A stretch of 42,572 nt of DNA from an uncultured bacterium (GCA_963729625.1 CAVSOU010000021.1:1-42572); one strand, 5' to 3'; positions 27,907 to 38,107 are shown, numbered from the stretch's first letter. Notes: generated from the letters alone by a model not told the origin. Program-made: numbers and translations.

Positions 27907-30900
27907 ATGATGCCAAGTATTGGACCCGACGACGACTTCTACTTGTCAGTTGATGCGATGATCCGCAGCGTTGCGGTCAATTCCAACTCACCACACACGG
28001 TGTTTCTTGGGGCCGGTGCGTCAATCAACTCCGGCGTGCCATCGGCCTCGAGGTGCATCTGGCAGTGGAAGCGTGATATTGTTGTTTCGAATAATCCAAC
28101 GCTGGCCAGGCAGCTGGACAACATCGCGCTGCCAGACGTTCAGCGTAGGGTCCAGCGGTGGCTTGACGGAGAGGGCACGTATCCTCCGCTCGGCTCCAGT
28201 GACGAATATGGCTATTACGTCGAACGCTGCTACCCGATTGCGGATGACAGGCGCCAGTATTTCCAGAGCCTCGCGGAGCTAGCGACACCGTTTGTTGGCT
28301 ATCGCTTTCTGTGCCTCTTGGCTGAGGCTGACGTAGTCACATCAGTATGGACCACCAATTTCGACGGGCTCGTTGTCAAGTCGGCGGCGAGATCGAGTGT
28401 CGTGCCCTTGGAAGTAGGACTCGATACCACCACACGTGTGCGACGCACGCCACGGCGTGGAGAATTGTTATGTGTGCAACTGCACGGTGATTACCGATAC
28501 GATTCCCTCAAGAACACACCCAAGGAGCTTCAGGAACAAGACGCAGACTTGCGAGAGGCGCTTGTTAACCAACTTGCAAACACGCATCTTGTCATGTCCG
28601 GCTACAGTGGCCGTGATGCCAATGTGATGGCGGCGCTGACAGATGCATATAGGCGCTCGGGCACTGGCAGGCTTTTCTGGTGCGGATATGAAGACGACGA
28701 AATCCTTCCTGCGGTGGAAGAGTTGCTACGAACTGCTCGAGCGAACGGGCGTCTTGCCTATTACGTGCCAACTCGTGGTTTTGATGACCTTTTCGGCCAG
28801 CTAGCGCTTGGATGTTTGCGCGGTACGCTCCGCGACAGCGCCCAGAGCCTCTATGCTCAAGCCAGGGTCGAGTCTATCGTTCCAGCGCCCCCATTCGAAG
28901 TCGGAACTTCGCGCGGCAACGTACTGATCAAGAGCAACGCACTCCAGATCCAGTGCCCGAGTGAGGTGCTTCAGTTCGACGTGCCTGATTTTGGAGGAGC
29001 GCCCAGTTGGCAAGCGGTACAGGATCGCGTGCGCGGCCATGAAGTAGTCGCTGGCCTTCTGAAGGGCAAAGTCCTTGCGTTGGGAACCATCGAAGAGATC
29101 AAACGGGCCTTCTCTCCCCTTGAATTGGGTCTGATCCAAAGAAGTCCGATCGATGATCGGGAGCTCACCTACTCAGATGGTGTAGTGGTTGGATTGCTCA
29201 CCGCCGGTTTGACACGATCTATTGCGGCCTCACGTGACTTGGAAACCGACATGAAAGGACTTGTCTGGGAGAAAACATCGGAGCAAACGTTGACTGTACG
29301 CGGAGAGCGATATCGCGTGCACTCGGCAGCTCTATTGTGCTTGCGCCGATACCGCGGCCTCCAATACCTCATCGTGAAACCGACCATTCGGAGCATTGCT
29401 CTCGATGGAAGCGAAGCTCCCGAAGACATCCAACAAGAGCTGCGGCGCTTGGTCCTGACGAAGCAGTACAATCGACAGTTCAACGACGCGCTCAACACCT
29501 GGATCAAACGCCTCTTTGAGCCGGGCAATGTTTTCGAGTTCCCTCCTGACTCTGGTTCACCGTTCAGCTTCACTGCTGACCGGGGGCCTGCGCTCGCCAC
29601 TGTCTCCGTGCCAGGCAATAAGTGGGAACTCAGGCTAAAGCCTGGCATCGCAAAGAAAGTCACAGCTCAGGGCATTCAGTTCCCTGAGCCGCGCTTGGCC
29701 TTCTGCAACAGAGACGGCAGCGGTCCCGCGTTCGATTCTCATGCCATTCGAGGGATAACGCAGAACCGGCCGTACGATTTCGCCTTGACTGCAGGGGGGC
29801 TTGCCGCTGAGGTCCGCGTCGGCGTTGTCTGTCCGGCGGCGGGCAGCCCGGCCCTGGCTAGATACCTCGGGCAGCTCCATCAAACCAAATCGCCAGACAG
29901 TAAGATCGAGTACTTGCTCGAGTATCCCGGCTTTGCGAGTGCGTTCGGCACGCCGCTCATGATCTCTCAGCCGAATGATGGCGATTGGAGCTACTGCCGC
30001 GAACCTGCCGAGGGGACCGATCCGATGGCGGGCGGACAAGAACTTGGTCGCTTGCTCACCAGAAGTATCGGCTCCCTTGTAGCCGCCAGATCTCCGAGCG
30101 TTGTTGTCGTGTATATTCCGGCACGATGGCAGACGTGGGAACGGTACCACACGGGCGATGAATCCTTCGACCTGCACGACTACGTGAAGGCCTTCTGCGT
30201 ACAGCAAGGAATCCCAACCCAGTTCATCCGAGAGGCAACCCTGACGAAGCCCCATCAATGCGAGGTGTTCTGGTGGCTCGCGCTTTCGCTCTACGCGAAA
30301 TCTATGCGCACGCCCTGGGTGCTCCAGGATCATGACTCAAGGACGGCCTTCATGGGACTAGGCTTTAGCGTTGACGCGACTGCGGGCAGGGGAAACAGAG
30401 TCGTCTTGGGGTGCAGTCATCTCTACAACGGCGAAGGGCTTGGTCTACGTTACAGGCTTAGCAAAATAGAGAACCCTATTATCAGGGGCAGGAACCCGTT
30501 CATGTCTCGGGCAGATGCTCGGCGTATGGGGGAGAATGCGCGCCGCCTCTTCTATGAGTCCGGGCTGCAACTGCCTGAACGAGTTGTGATCCATAAGCGA
30601 ACACCGTTCTTGAAAGACGAGCGCGAGGGGCTCCTTGAGGGCTTGGACGGTGTGGGATCAGTGGACATGCTTGAGGTGACACTAGAACCCGCATTGCGAT
30701 ACGTGGCCTCCCGGCAATCCGCAAGCGGCGCGTTCGAAGGAGACGCCTTTCCAGTGCGCCGGGGCACTGCGATCGTTCTCGAGAATCGCAAGGCACTGCT
30801 GTGGGTCCACGGCACAGCTGATGCGGTTACCCAGGGAAGGAACTACTATCAGGGCAAGAGCAGGATACCAGCCCCACTTGTGGTCACGAGACACTATGGG

Positions 30901-31080
30901 GAGTCGGGCTTGAGTACTGTAGCACGTGAGCTGCTTGGATTGTCGAAGATGAAGTGGAACAGCTTCGACATGTATACCAAGCTGCCGACGACCATCGAGT
31001 CGTCCGGCACGATCGCACGGATAGGAGCTTTGCTGGAGCGCTTTGGCTCGTTGTCGTACGATTATCGTCTCTTCATCTAG
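27907..31080 (+). CDS. SIR2-APAZ-short prokaryotic Argonaute fusion (SPARSA-type NADase defence protein)
   Basis: SIR2: VFLGAGASINSG, WTTNFD, LHGDYRY, GYSGRD. MID: DLHDYVKA..GIPTQF. PIWI: LYAKS..PW, FMGLGFS (no catalytic Asp), RVVIHKRTPF, YYQGKSRIPAPL, LSKMKWNSFD..LP.TI, YDYRLFI. Confidence 0.93.
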   Translation: MMPSIGPDDDFYLSVDAMIRSVAVNSNSPHTVFLGAGASINSGVPSASRCIWQWKRDIVVSNNPTLARQLDNIALPDVQRRVQRWLDGEGTYPPLGSSDEYGYYVERCYPIADDRRQYFQSLAELATPFVGYRFLCLLAEADVVTSVWTTNFDGLVVKSAARSSVVPLEVGLDTTTRVRRTPRRGELLCVQLHGDYRYDSLKNTPKELQEQDADLREALVNQLANTHLVMSGYSGRDANVMAALTDAYRRSGTGRLFWCGYEDDEILPAVEELLRTARANGRLAYYVPTRGFDDLFGQLALGCLRGTLRDSAQSLYAQARVESIVPAPPFEVGTSRGNVLIKSNALQIQCPSEVLQFDVPDFGGAPSWQAVQDRVRGHEVVAGLLKGKVLALGTIEEIKRAFSPLELGLIQRSPIDDRELTYSDGVVVGLLTAGLTRSIAASRDLETDMKGLVWEKTSEQTLTVRGERYRVHSAALLCLRRYRGLQYLIVKPTIRSIALDGSEAPEDIQQELRRLVLTKQYNRQFNDALNTWIKRLFEPGNVFEFPPDSGSPFSFTADRGPALATVSVPGNKWELRLKPGIAKKVTAQGIQFPEPRLAFCNRDGSGPAFDSHAIRGITQNRPYDFALTAGGLAAEVRVGVVCPAAGSPALARYLGQLHQTKSPDSKIEYLLEYPGFASAFGTPLMISQPNDGDWSYCREPAEGTDPMAGGQELGRLLTRSIGSLVAARSPSVVVVYIPARWQTWERYHTGDESFDLHDYVKAFCVQQGIPTQFIREATLTKPHQCEVFWWLALSLYAKSMRTPWVLQDHDSRTAFMGLGFSVDATAGRGNRVVLGCSHLYNGEGLGLRYRLSKIENPIIRGRNPFMSRADARRMGENARRLFYESGLQLPERVVIHKRTPFLKDEREGLLEGLDGVGSVDMLEVTLEPALRYVASRQSASGAFEGDAFPVRRGTAIVLENRKALLWVHGTADAVTQGRNYYQGKSRIPAPLVVTRHYGESGLSTVARELLGLSKMKWNSFDMYTKLPTTIESSGTIARIGALLERFGSLSYDYRLFI

Positions 31081-31527
31081 TTGTTCGTCTAGCCGATGCG
31101 TGCGCCGAACACGTGGCCGTTCCGTTTGTCGGGGCTTCCTCTCTACCTGCCGCAAGTGTGCGTCGCCATGTCGCATGCAAGTTCAGACCTCTAATCCGGC
31201 TGCTGTTCTGCGGAGGACGGAGTAAGCAGCGCAGTACCAATCGTATCCGCCAGGGTGTCCCCCTGGGCGGGGCACCACGTGGCAGAGCTTATGGTCGGAT
31301 ACCACATTCACCGTAAGCGAACAGCGTCGGTTGTCATCCTGAGCGGGCGGGCTGCATTCGCGTTAAGCGGCTAGACAAGCCTCCTCCCCCACAGAGTACA
31401 GACTCCCATGCGCGCAAATGCTCCAACGATCGGGTTATGCTCGATATGAGGATAATCGTCGCCATTTGGATCGGTACACCCCTGGGCGGATGTGCTGTTG
31501 GTCCATTGAAAGACGGCGAGATGGCCT

Positions 31528-32655
31528 ATGAACGACGACAACGATGATGCAGTGGCGCCGTCAGATGAACCCATTGCAGCAGTGATTTTGAAGCGCCGAG
31601 CAGTCGAGGAGGCCGCCAATCCTGATATCCGGATGGTTGATTCCGTCATCTTGAAGGATGGGCCAAGAGTGTACAGGGTGGCCACTCACTGGATGATTGT
31701 AAATCGACATGCAGGCGAGCTTCATCACCATGCCATTAAGTTGACCTCGTATCGGAAAGAAAAGGGCGGATGGAAACATCTGGATGAGCACTCCATCACC
31801 ATTGACGATCAAGAGGGAGACGAAATCTCGACCCTCGCGACCTTCCTGGGGGTCGCAAAAAGTGCCGACGTGCCGGACAGCCCCGGGGACTACGTTGTTA
31901 TCCCGGTGCTGCAAGAGGAGATTGCAGAGCAATCGGTCCATCAGCTGCTAGATGCTATCGCGATCCGGGGAAAGGCGAAGGTCATGGCACACGTTTTGGC
32001 TATGGCGCAAGGCGATGCCGAGGTCCTGCGTGCGCTCGTGGACACCGCCGTCCAGAATCCCGATGCTACTAGACAAGCGGCGGCAGCTCTAACGCTCGCA
32101 AACTACTCTAAAGCGCTTAGGAAGCTGGAGGAGCTGATTGTCTCGGACGCCGGCGAGAAGGAGTTTCAAAAGCACTTATCGCAAAATCCATGGATGTTTG
32201 GCAGCGAATACAGCGAATTGCTCGATCGGAGGATTTGGACAAGAGACGAACATCAGGATTTTGTCCTTCGGCGAACGGCAGACGGGTACTTGGAAATCAT
32301 CGAAATAAAGACTCCGCTGGGTGGAGAGCCTCTGTTTCTTCGCGATACGTCACATGACACCTACTATGCGCGCAGAGAGGTATCTGTCGTCATAGGTCAA
32401 GTACTTAACTACCTCGAACTATTGGATGCGGACCGGGACAAAATCCGTGCCAGAGACGGAGAAGATGTCGGCAAAATACGGGCCAAGATCATTATTGGCC
32501 GCGATGCAGACGACAATCAGCGTGCAGCACTTCGCCGGTTCAACGGCCACCTCCATCGAATCGAGATACTTACGTTCGATCAGCTCCTGAAGATTGCACG
32601 GCAGGTCATTGCCACGCTTGAGCATGTAGTATTTCCTGCCTCACATGATGTCTGA
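31528..32655 (+). CDS. sduA: Shedu anti-phage nuclease (DUF4263) with N-terminal extension
   Basis: E..FQKHLSQNPWMFG, QDFVL..DGYLEIIEIKTP, IGQVLNY, IIIGR, LRRFN..LHRIEILTFDQL. Confidence 0.88.
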   Translation: MNDDNDDAVAPSDEPIAAVILKRRAVEEAANPDIRMVDSVILKDGPRVYRVATHWMIVNRHAGELHHHAIKLTSYRKEKGGWKHLDEHSITIDDQEGDEISTLATFLGVAKSADVPDSPGDYVVIPVLQEEIAEQSVHQLLDAIAIRGKAKVMAHVLAMAQGDAEVLRALVDTAVQNPDATRQAAAALTLANYSKALRKLEELIVSDAGEKEFQKHLSQNPWMFGSEYSELLDRRIWTRDEHQDFVLRRTADGYLEIIEIKTPLGGEPLFLRDTSHDTYYARREVSVVIGQVLNYLELLDADRDKIRARDGEDVGKIRAKIIIGRDADDNQRAALRRFNGHLHRIEILTFDQLLKIARQVIATLEHVVFPASHDV

Positions 32656-32869
32656 TATACGTCTATGGGGGATTGGCACGCCGCTGCCGTTACCAACAGC
32701 GACGAGACCGATTGCGGACTGGAGCCGGCAACGTCCGGTTGGGCGCTCTTACGGCCTTACGGTCGTCGGAAGCCATGGCTAGGTGCCTCGGCAGAGCTGC
32801 TCTCCACCCAAGGACGTTGTGCACGCAGGTGCGAAGGGGGTACGCGACTCTGACCGAACGGTGCAACGA

Positions 32870-33150
32870 ACGAAACAACGAACTCGCGCGGGCCCCTCAG
32901 CCCGTCCTGGGTGTACCGCTGGACCTCGTGCTCTTCAGCACCCACTAGTGCCATGGTGTAGCGCGTCAAGCGAGAAGTCATCGCCGCTTCGTCATCGGCG
33001 TCGCCAGCCACCGCGCTGGCCAGCAACAAGTCGGCACCCAGATTGACCAGGGCCATGGCCTCGTCGGCTTCTTTCAACAGCGACATCTTCTTCGCCAGGA
33101 CCGCCGCGTCCAGGTCCTCGAGCTGGGCAATCTGGCGCCGCTCTCCCTCC
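32870..33150 (-). pseudogene. internal fragment of a large helical protein, possibly an Eco57I/type IIG-like methyltransferase
   Basis: RRQIAQLEDLDAAVLAKKMSLLKEADEAM...LGADLLLA resembles the helical linker of such enzymes; no catalytic motif seen. Confidence 0.3.
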
Positions 33151-33171
33151 GGCGTGATCACCACACAAACA

Positions 33172-33247
33172 TGTAGTAGTGCAACTAGGATCCTTGCTGA
33201 GCGTGCAATGTCTCAGGAGTAAACGGGGCAACTAGGATCTTTGTTGA
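33172..33247 (+). mobile_element. probable transposon end: TGT terminus plus two 20-bp repeats
   Basis: TGTAGTAGT, then GCAACTAGGATCCTTGCTGA (33181-33200) and GCAACTAGGATCTTTGTTGA (33228-33247), 18/20 identical. Confidence 0.55.
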
Positions 33248-33525
33248 CCGAGCGTTCGAGCTGTGACTACTGTAGGTCCCCGACCTCAGCAGTGCAACAG
33301 CGGCCAGGAGCACGCCGGCCACAGCGCGTGGTGGCAGCCCGGTACGCGCGCATGACCTGCCCTATCCGCAGTTCACGACTGCATGGACATGCGCTCCGTT
33401 TGCTCTGTTTGGGTGACCAAGAAGCTCGTACTATGTGCTCTTGCCGACGAACTATCCTTGCGTGGCCGGGGCGCATATCGCTCGCCGCAGCCGCCAAGAC
33501 CGGTAGTGCGGCGGCCTCCGCGGCG

Positions 33526-34419
33526 CTAGGACGACCCTACGGAGACACGTGCAAGGTTGGCCAAGGCTTTCTCGCCCAGCCTCTCCCGCGACTCACGCGT
33601 CCTCCCGGCACTCACCGTCGCGAACATGACGTTGGGCAGATCGCGGAACCACGTGTAGTAGTCTTCGCTCGTCACAGAATCGAAGATGGCGAAGTTGCCG
33701 CGATCAGCGATCCAGTGCCGGAACGCCGCTGCATCGAGCACATCACCGACGGCCGTGTCGACCAGGAGCACGCCCGGCCGCATCCGCCCGAATGCCGACG
33801 CATCCAGGATGCGCAGTCCCCGCGGCGTGTGGAGCGTGATGATCTCGCTTGCCACAAGAAGGTCGTTGAAGGGCAGGTAGCGTAGGCCGAGCGCCTCCCA
33901 GTCGGGCTTCCGAGTCCGACTGCAGTAGAGTACGCGCATCTCGAAGCCCAGCGCCCGCTGCGCCACCTTCTGGCCCACCGCGCCCAGCCCGAGGATCCCG
34001 ATCGTCTTGCCGTGGAGTTCGCACGGTTCGCTGCGCCACATGTAGGGGCCTACCCCCCGCACCAGCATCAGCAGCTGCAGGAAGATGAACTCGGCCGTCG
34101 CCTCGTCGCCGTAGTCCTCCACGTTGGTGATCGTGATGCCGCGCCGCGCGACCTCCGCCGTGTCGATGCAGGCCATGCTTGTGGCGCACACGCCGATGTA
34201 GCGGAGTGCCGGGCGGGCTGCGAGCAGGCTCGCGGTCAGCGGCGTTCGCCACGAGACGAGGATGGCGTCCGCGTCGCCGATGCGGTCCAGGATCTCGTGC
34301 TCAGAAGCCGGGTCATCTTCAGGAAACACGACGGGTGCCACGCTGAACGCCTGCACCCGCCCGCGATGAGGCGCAGAGAGTTGCAGGCGGTCCACGACGG
34401 CAATGTGCCTGTAGGTCAT
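33526..34419 (-). CDS. D-isomer-specific 2-hydroxyacid dehydrogenase-like NAD(P)-binding protein
   Basis: IGDADAILVSW, GITITNVEDYG, ELHGKTIGILGLGAVG, IITLHTP. Confidence 0.85.
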   Translation of the reverse strand: MTYRHIAVVDRLQLSAPHRGRVQAFSVAPVVFPEDDPASEHEILDRIGDADAILVSWRTPLTASLLAARPALRYIGVCATSMACIDTAEVARRGITITNVEDYGDEATAEFIFLQLLMLVRGVGPYMWRSEPCELHGKTIGILGLGAVGQKVAQRALGFEMRVLYCSRTRKPDWEALGLRYLPFNDLLVASEIITLHTPRGLRILDASAFGRMRPGVLLVDTAVGDVLDAAAFRHWIADRGNFAIFDSVTSEDYYTWFRDLPNVMFATVSAGRTRESRERLGEKALANLARVSVGSS

Positions 34420-34938
34420 GCGTCTTCCCTGGGAACGCCTGTCTAGTTGATGTCGCGCTGTCCGCAGGCATTCTGCTTTAGCATAGCTTGGTTCGTGCCC
34501 GGCAGATGTGCGCCGCACTCCCGCGTACGCACTGTCTTGGTGTTGCATACTGCATGCAACGATCGCGTCGCGCGACCAAGCCAGAGAGCGATGGCAACAT
34601 GCGACTGCCTGCACCAACCGCTGTGATCGACTGGGGCGCAAGTACAATACCTTGCACCGTGCTGAGCTGTCGCGCACTTCTGACGCTGTGGGCATATGCG
34701 GATTTGGGTGGTAGGGGCACATTACGGACCGCGCTGGAAGGCATCGTGTTTCTGGGCCGGTATTGCTACGCCTGCAAGGCCTTGGCAGTGAGGCGAAGAT
34801 CCCGGCTGGCGGCGGTGATGTCTCGTCAAGGAAGGCCCAGGGTGGGCTGCATTAGGCTGTGCACCAAGATACAGGAGACGTGAGGCGCGCCATAGTGGAT
34901 CGCAATACTGGCGTGGCATGCACGCGAGTGCACGTTGC

Positions 34939-36813
34939 TCACGCCGCTGGCAGTCGAAGGCAGAACACGCTGCCATCATGGCTGGTGCATTCAAGCTCGA
35001 GGTCACCGAGCATTGCCCGCGCCAACTGCCGGCTCAGGTACAAGCCCAGGCCGGTACCGACGTGGCCGTTGCGACTCCTGCTGCCGTCCAGCCTGCCGAA
35101 GCGCTGGAAGAGGCGCTCACGGCCAGTGGCAGGCAGACCTGGGCCATGGTCATGCACGCGCAAGACAACCCAGTGCCCACCAGGTTCCTTATCGTCGGTA
35201 GGCTCCTGCGGCTCGAGAGCCCACGTAACGGTGATCGGCTGGCCATTGAACGAGTACTTGGCAGCGTTGTCTGCCAGGTTGACCACGATTTGCACTACGG
35301 CGTCCGGATCCGCACACACCTGCACCTCTGAGGAGCCGGCGAATTCGATGAGCTGGCCGGGATAGTTGACGTACACTTCGTCGGCAGCGCGACTAACCAT
35401 CGGTGCGAGATCCGACGGTGTGTGCACGAGTTGGACCGAGCTGTGTTCCAGACGGCCGAGAAGGAGCAGGTCTTCCACCAGGCGTAACTGACGATGAGCG
35501 GAGAGCACTATGCGCCGCACGTAGTCGCGCCGCTGTTCCTGAGCCAGCTGCTCCCAGCGCGCTTCTAGTAATTCGCCGTAGCCGACGACCGCGGCGAGGG
35601 GACTCCGCAGCTCGTGACTCACGGTGCTCACGAATTCGTCGCGAAGTTGCGCTAATTCCTGGGCGGCTCGCGCGTTTCCCCGCTCGGCTTCCAGGATCTT
35701 GTGCTGCCTCCGCGCATTCAGCACCGCTGTGTCGATCTGGCAGGCCAGGGCCAGTAGCGGCGCAGCGTCACGCTCACTGATAGTTCGCCCGGTGACAAGG
35801 TTGTCGACCGAGATAATACCCATCACTTTCTCGTCCGCATGCAGAGGCACCTGTAGGAACTGGCGCGGTGTGCCGTCGAAGCGATAGCGCGACTCCTCCG
35901 GCCACTCCTCGTAGGCATTCGCCGAGTAGTAGTACTCGGCCCCACCCAGCAGTGCGGCGACACCTGGCATCGACCACACGCTGCTCTCGCACGTTAAGCT
36001 TGAAACACGCGCATTTGGACGTGTCTTGTTCCCTTCAGCATCCGTACCCAGGTACTCCACGTAGGTATTGGCCTCATAATCCAGCGAGTCGATACCCACC
36101 CGATCGTAGCCTAAACCTTTACGGATACCGTCATAGACAGTGTCCAGCACGGCCTCGAGCGATCCGCCGGCGTTCACGTCCCTGCTGATCTCGCGTAGCC
36201 ACTCCAGTTCTGCCACACGCTGTTGCAGGTTCGAGTCGAGCATAGCCACGTGTCGCTGACGATCTTCCAGTGCCTGCACGCTGTGCAGCGCAGCGGCCAG
36301 CGCGTTGGCGAAGGCCACCAGCGGCGATGCGTCCTCTGGAGTAATAGCACGATGTGTCAACAGGTTGTCGACGGAGATCAGGCCGAGCAAGCGATCCGGC
36401 AGCCGCAGGGCGACGCGCAGCAGTTGGGAAGGATGCCCGTCAAAGCGGGCCACAGCCTCGGCAGGTACATCACGGTACGGGTTGTCGAGCAGAATATAGC
36501 CCAAGCCTGATACCTGCAGGCGGGGGTCGGCAAGCAAGCGCGCGTAATAGTCCTGCTCTTCCAGTCGTGAAACCCGTTTCCGCGGATAGAACTTGTCTCC
36601 GTGCTCGTCCGTGCCGACATGCTCAACCAATTGGGAGCCATCGGCGTTGACCACACTGAGGCCTACACGATCGTAGTCCAGGCCCTCGCGGAGCGCATCG
36701 TACGCTAGGTCGAGGAGCACCCGGAGTGTGCTGCAACCAACCATCCGGTTAGTGGTCTTTAGCAGCCACGCAATGTGGTCGTGTGCCGATCCGCCGCGCT
36801 CTTGCACTCGCAT
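34939..36813 (-). CDS. two-GAF sensor histidine kinase
   Basis: Duplicated GAF domains (GL.YDRVG...G.ISVDNL.T.R.I..DA.PL), VSHELRSPL, NLADNAAKYS, DHGPGL, GTGLGL. Confidence 0.9.
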   Translation of the reverse strand: MRVQERGGSAHDHIAWLLKTTNRMVGCSTLRVLLDLAYDALREGLDYDRVGLSVVNADGSQLVEHVGTDEHGDKFYPRKRVSRLEEQDYYARLLADPRLQVSGLGYILLDNPYRDVPAEAVARFDGHPSQLLRVALRLPDRLLGLISVDNLLTHRAITPEDASPLVAFANALAAALHSVQALEDRQRHVAMLDSNLQQRVAELEWLREISRDVNAGGSLEAVLDTVYDGIRKGLGYDRVGIDSLDYEANTYVEYLGTDAEGNKTRPNARVSSLTCESSVWSMPGVAALLGGAEYYYSANAYEEWPEESRYRFDGTPRQFLQVPLHADEKVMGIISVDNLVTGRTISERDAAPLLALACQIDTAVLNARRQHKILEAERGNARAAQELAQLRDEFVSTVSHELRSPLAAVVGYGELLEARWEQLAQEQRRDYVRRIVLSAHRQLRLVEDLLLLGRLEHSSVQLVHTPSDLAPMVSRAADEVYVNYPGQLIEFAGSSEVQVCADPDAVVQIVVNLADNAAKYSFNGQPITVTWALEPQEPTDDKEPGGHWVVLRVHDHGPGLPATGRERLFQRFGRLDGSRSRNGHVGTGLGLYLSRQLARAMLGDLELECTSHDGSVFCLRLPAA

Positions 36814-36865
36814 TCCTCGGCTGTTCACGCGTGCTTTTTCCAACCGGGCTCGTGGTTACAGTCTA

Positions 36866-38104
36866 GTGGTCTGTTACTCCTCAAATAAGGGGTAAAGACG
36901 CTTGAGCTTGATGCGGGCATCGGCGGTGGTGAACTGCCAACTGACCCTGCCGCCACGGGCATCCCGATCGCGCTGCCAGGCTGCGACCTCGGCTTGGAGC
37001 GTGGCGAAGTCGGGGACACGCCGGTTCAGGCACTGCCGGCTGAGCACGCTCAGCTCGATCTCCGCGATGTTCAGCCAGCTGCCGTGCTTGGGCGTATGGT
37101 GGATCTGGAGCTTGTCGGCCAGGCGTCTGGCGTGTGCCGGTGGAAACGCTTCGTACAGCGCGGCCGGGGTGTGCGTATTCAGATTGTCCATGACCAGCAC
37201 GATGCGCTCGGCCTGCGGATAGCGGACGTCGACCAGATCCTGGATCTGGAGCGCCCAGTCGCGTTTGGTGCGCCGATCGGTCACGTCCAGCCAGCGTCGG
37301 CCTTGGAGGGGCTCGCAGAAGAGGAAGGTATTCACCACGCCTTCGTGCTCGTACTCATAGTCTTCCCGCGCTGGCCGGCCCGGCGCCATGGGAAGCGGGG
37401 CATGGGCATCACGGAGCAGTTGTTTGGCAATCTCATCCATGCACACCAGAGGACGCTGCGGGTCGTAGGGTCGTTGGTAGACGTCCAGCACATCCTCCAT
37501 GTGCCAGACGAACTCGCCATTCTCCTGCGGAGCGATGCACCACTGCTCCTTCAGCCACGGCTTCAGCTCGTTTTTCTGAGCGTGCGCCGTACCGTCTGGT
37601 AGGAGACATCGGCTACCTCCAGCTCCACCAGTTTGTCGGCCAGCAGGCGGAGGGACCACTTCGCCTGCCCGTCCGGTGGTGTGCCACAGGCCAAGGCGAT
37701 GAGCTTGGCCTCCTGCACGCCATCCAGCTTGCGCGTATACGTCCGCGTGCTGGGCCGTCGATTGAGGGCCGCCTCCAGCCCCTCCTCGACGTACTGCTTG
37801 CGGATGCGCGAGACCGTGGGCTGGCTCACCTCAACCGCCTCGGCGATGCGCTCGTCCGTCCAGGCTGGCCCACCAGGGCCTTGGTCTGCTTTGAGCAACA
37901 CCCGCGCGTGCTGCAATCTGGCGGCAGAGTCGGTGCCAGTCGCTATCAGTCCCTTTAAGTAAGGACGTTCAGCCTCAGTGAGCACGACGGCATAGCGCTT
38001 GATCGTCATGGACGGGGATCCTTCTCCGTGGCAGGGGTTCACTTGCTATGGAGAACACCCTACCAATGACCGCGTCACCTATCAACGCACGCGTCACAGA
38101 CCAC
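36866..38104 (-). mobile_element. IS630-family insertion sequence
   Basis: Ends GTGGTCTGT...ACAGACCAC flanked by TA (36864-36865 and 38105-38106), in a CTAG context. Confidence 0.9.
36874..38009 (-). CDS. IS630 transposase in two frames, joined by a -1 frameshift near 37572
   Basis: OrfA HTH (HARVLLKAD..WTDERIA..WSLRLLAD) ends LRKTS; OrfB KNELKPW..CMDE..VMDNLNTH..WLNIAEIEL (DDE). Confidence 0.9.
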
Positions 38105-38107
38105 TAG

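Noticed and set aside
8836-33247. One large transposon delimited by the 8836-8928 and 33172-33247 repeats
   Set aside because: The repeat sequences differ and the two ends face away from each other.
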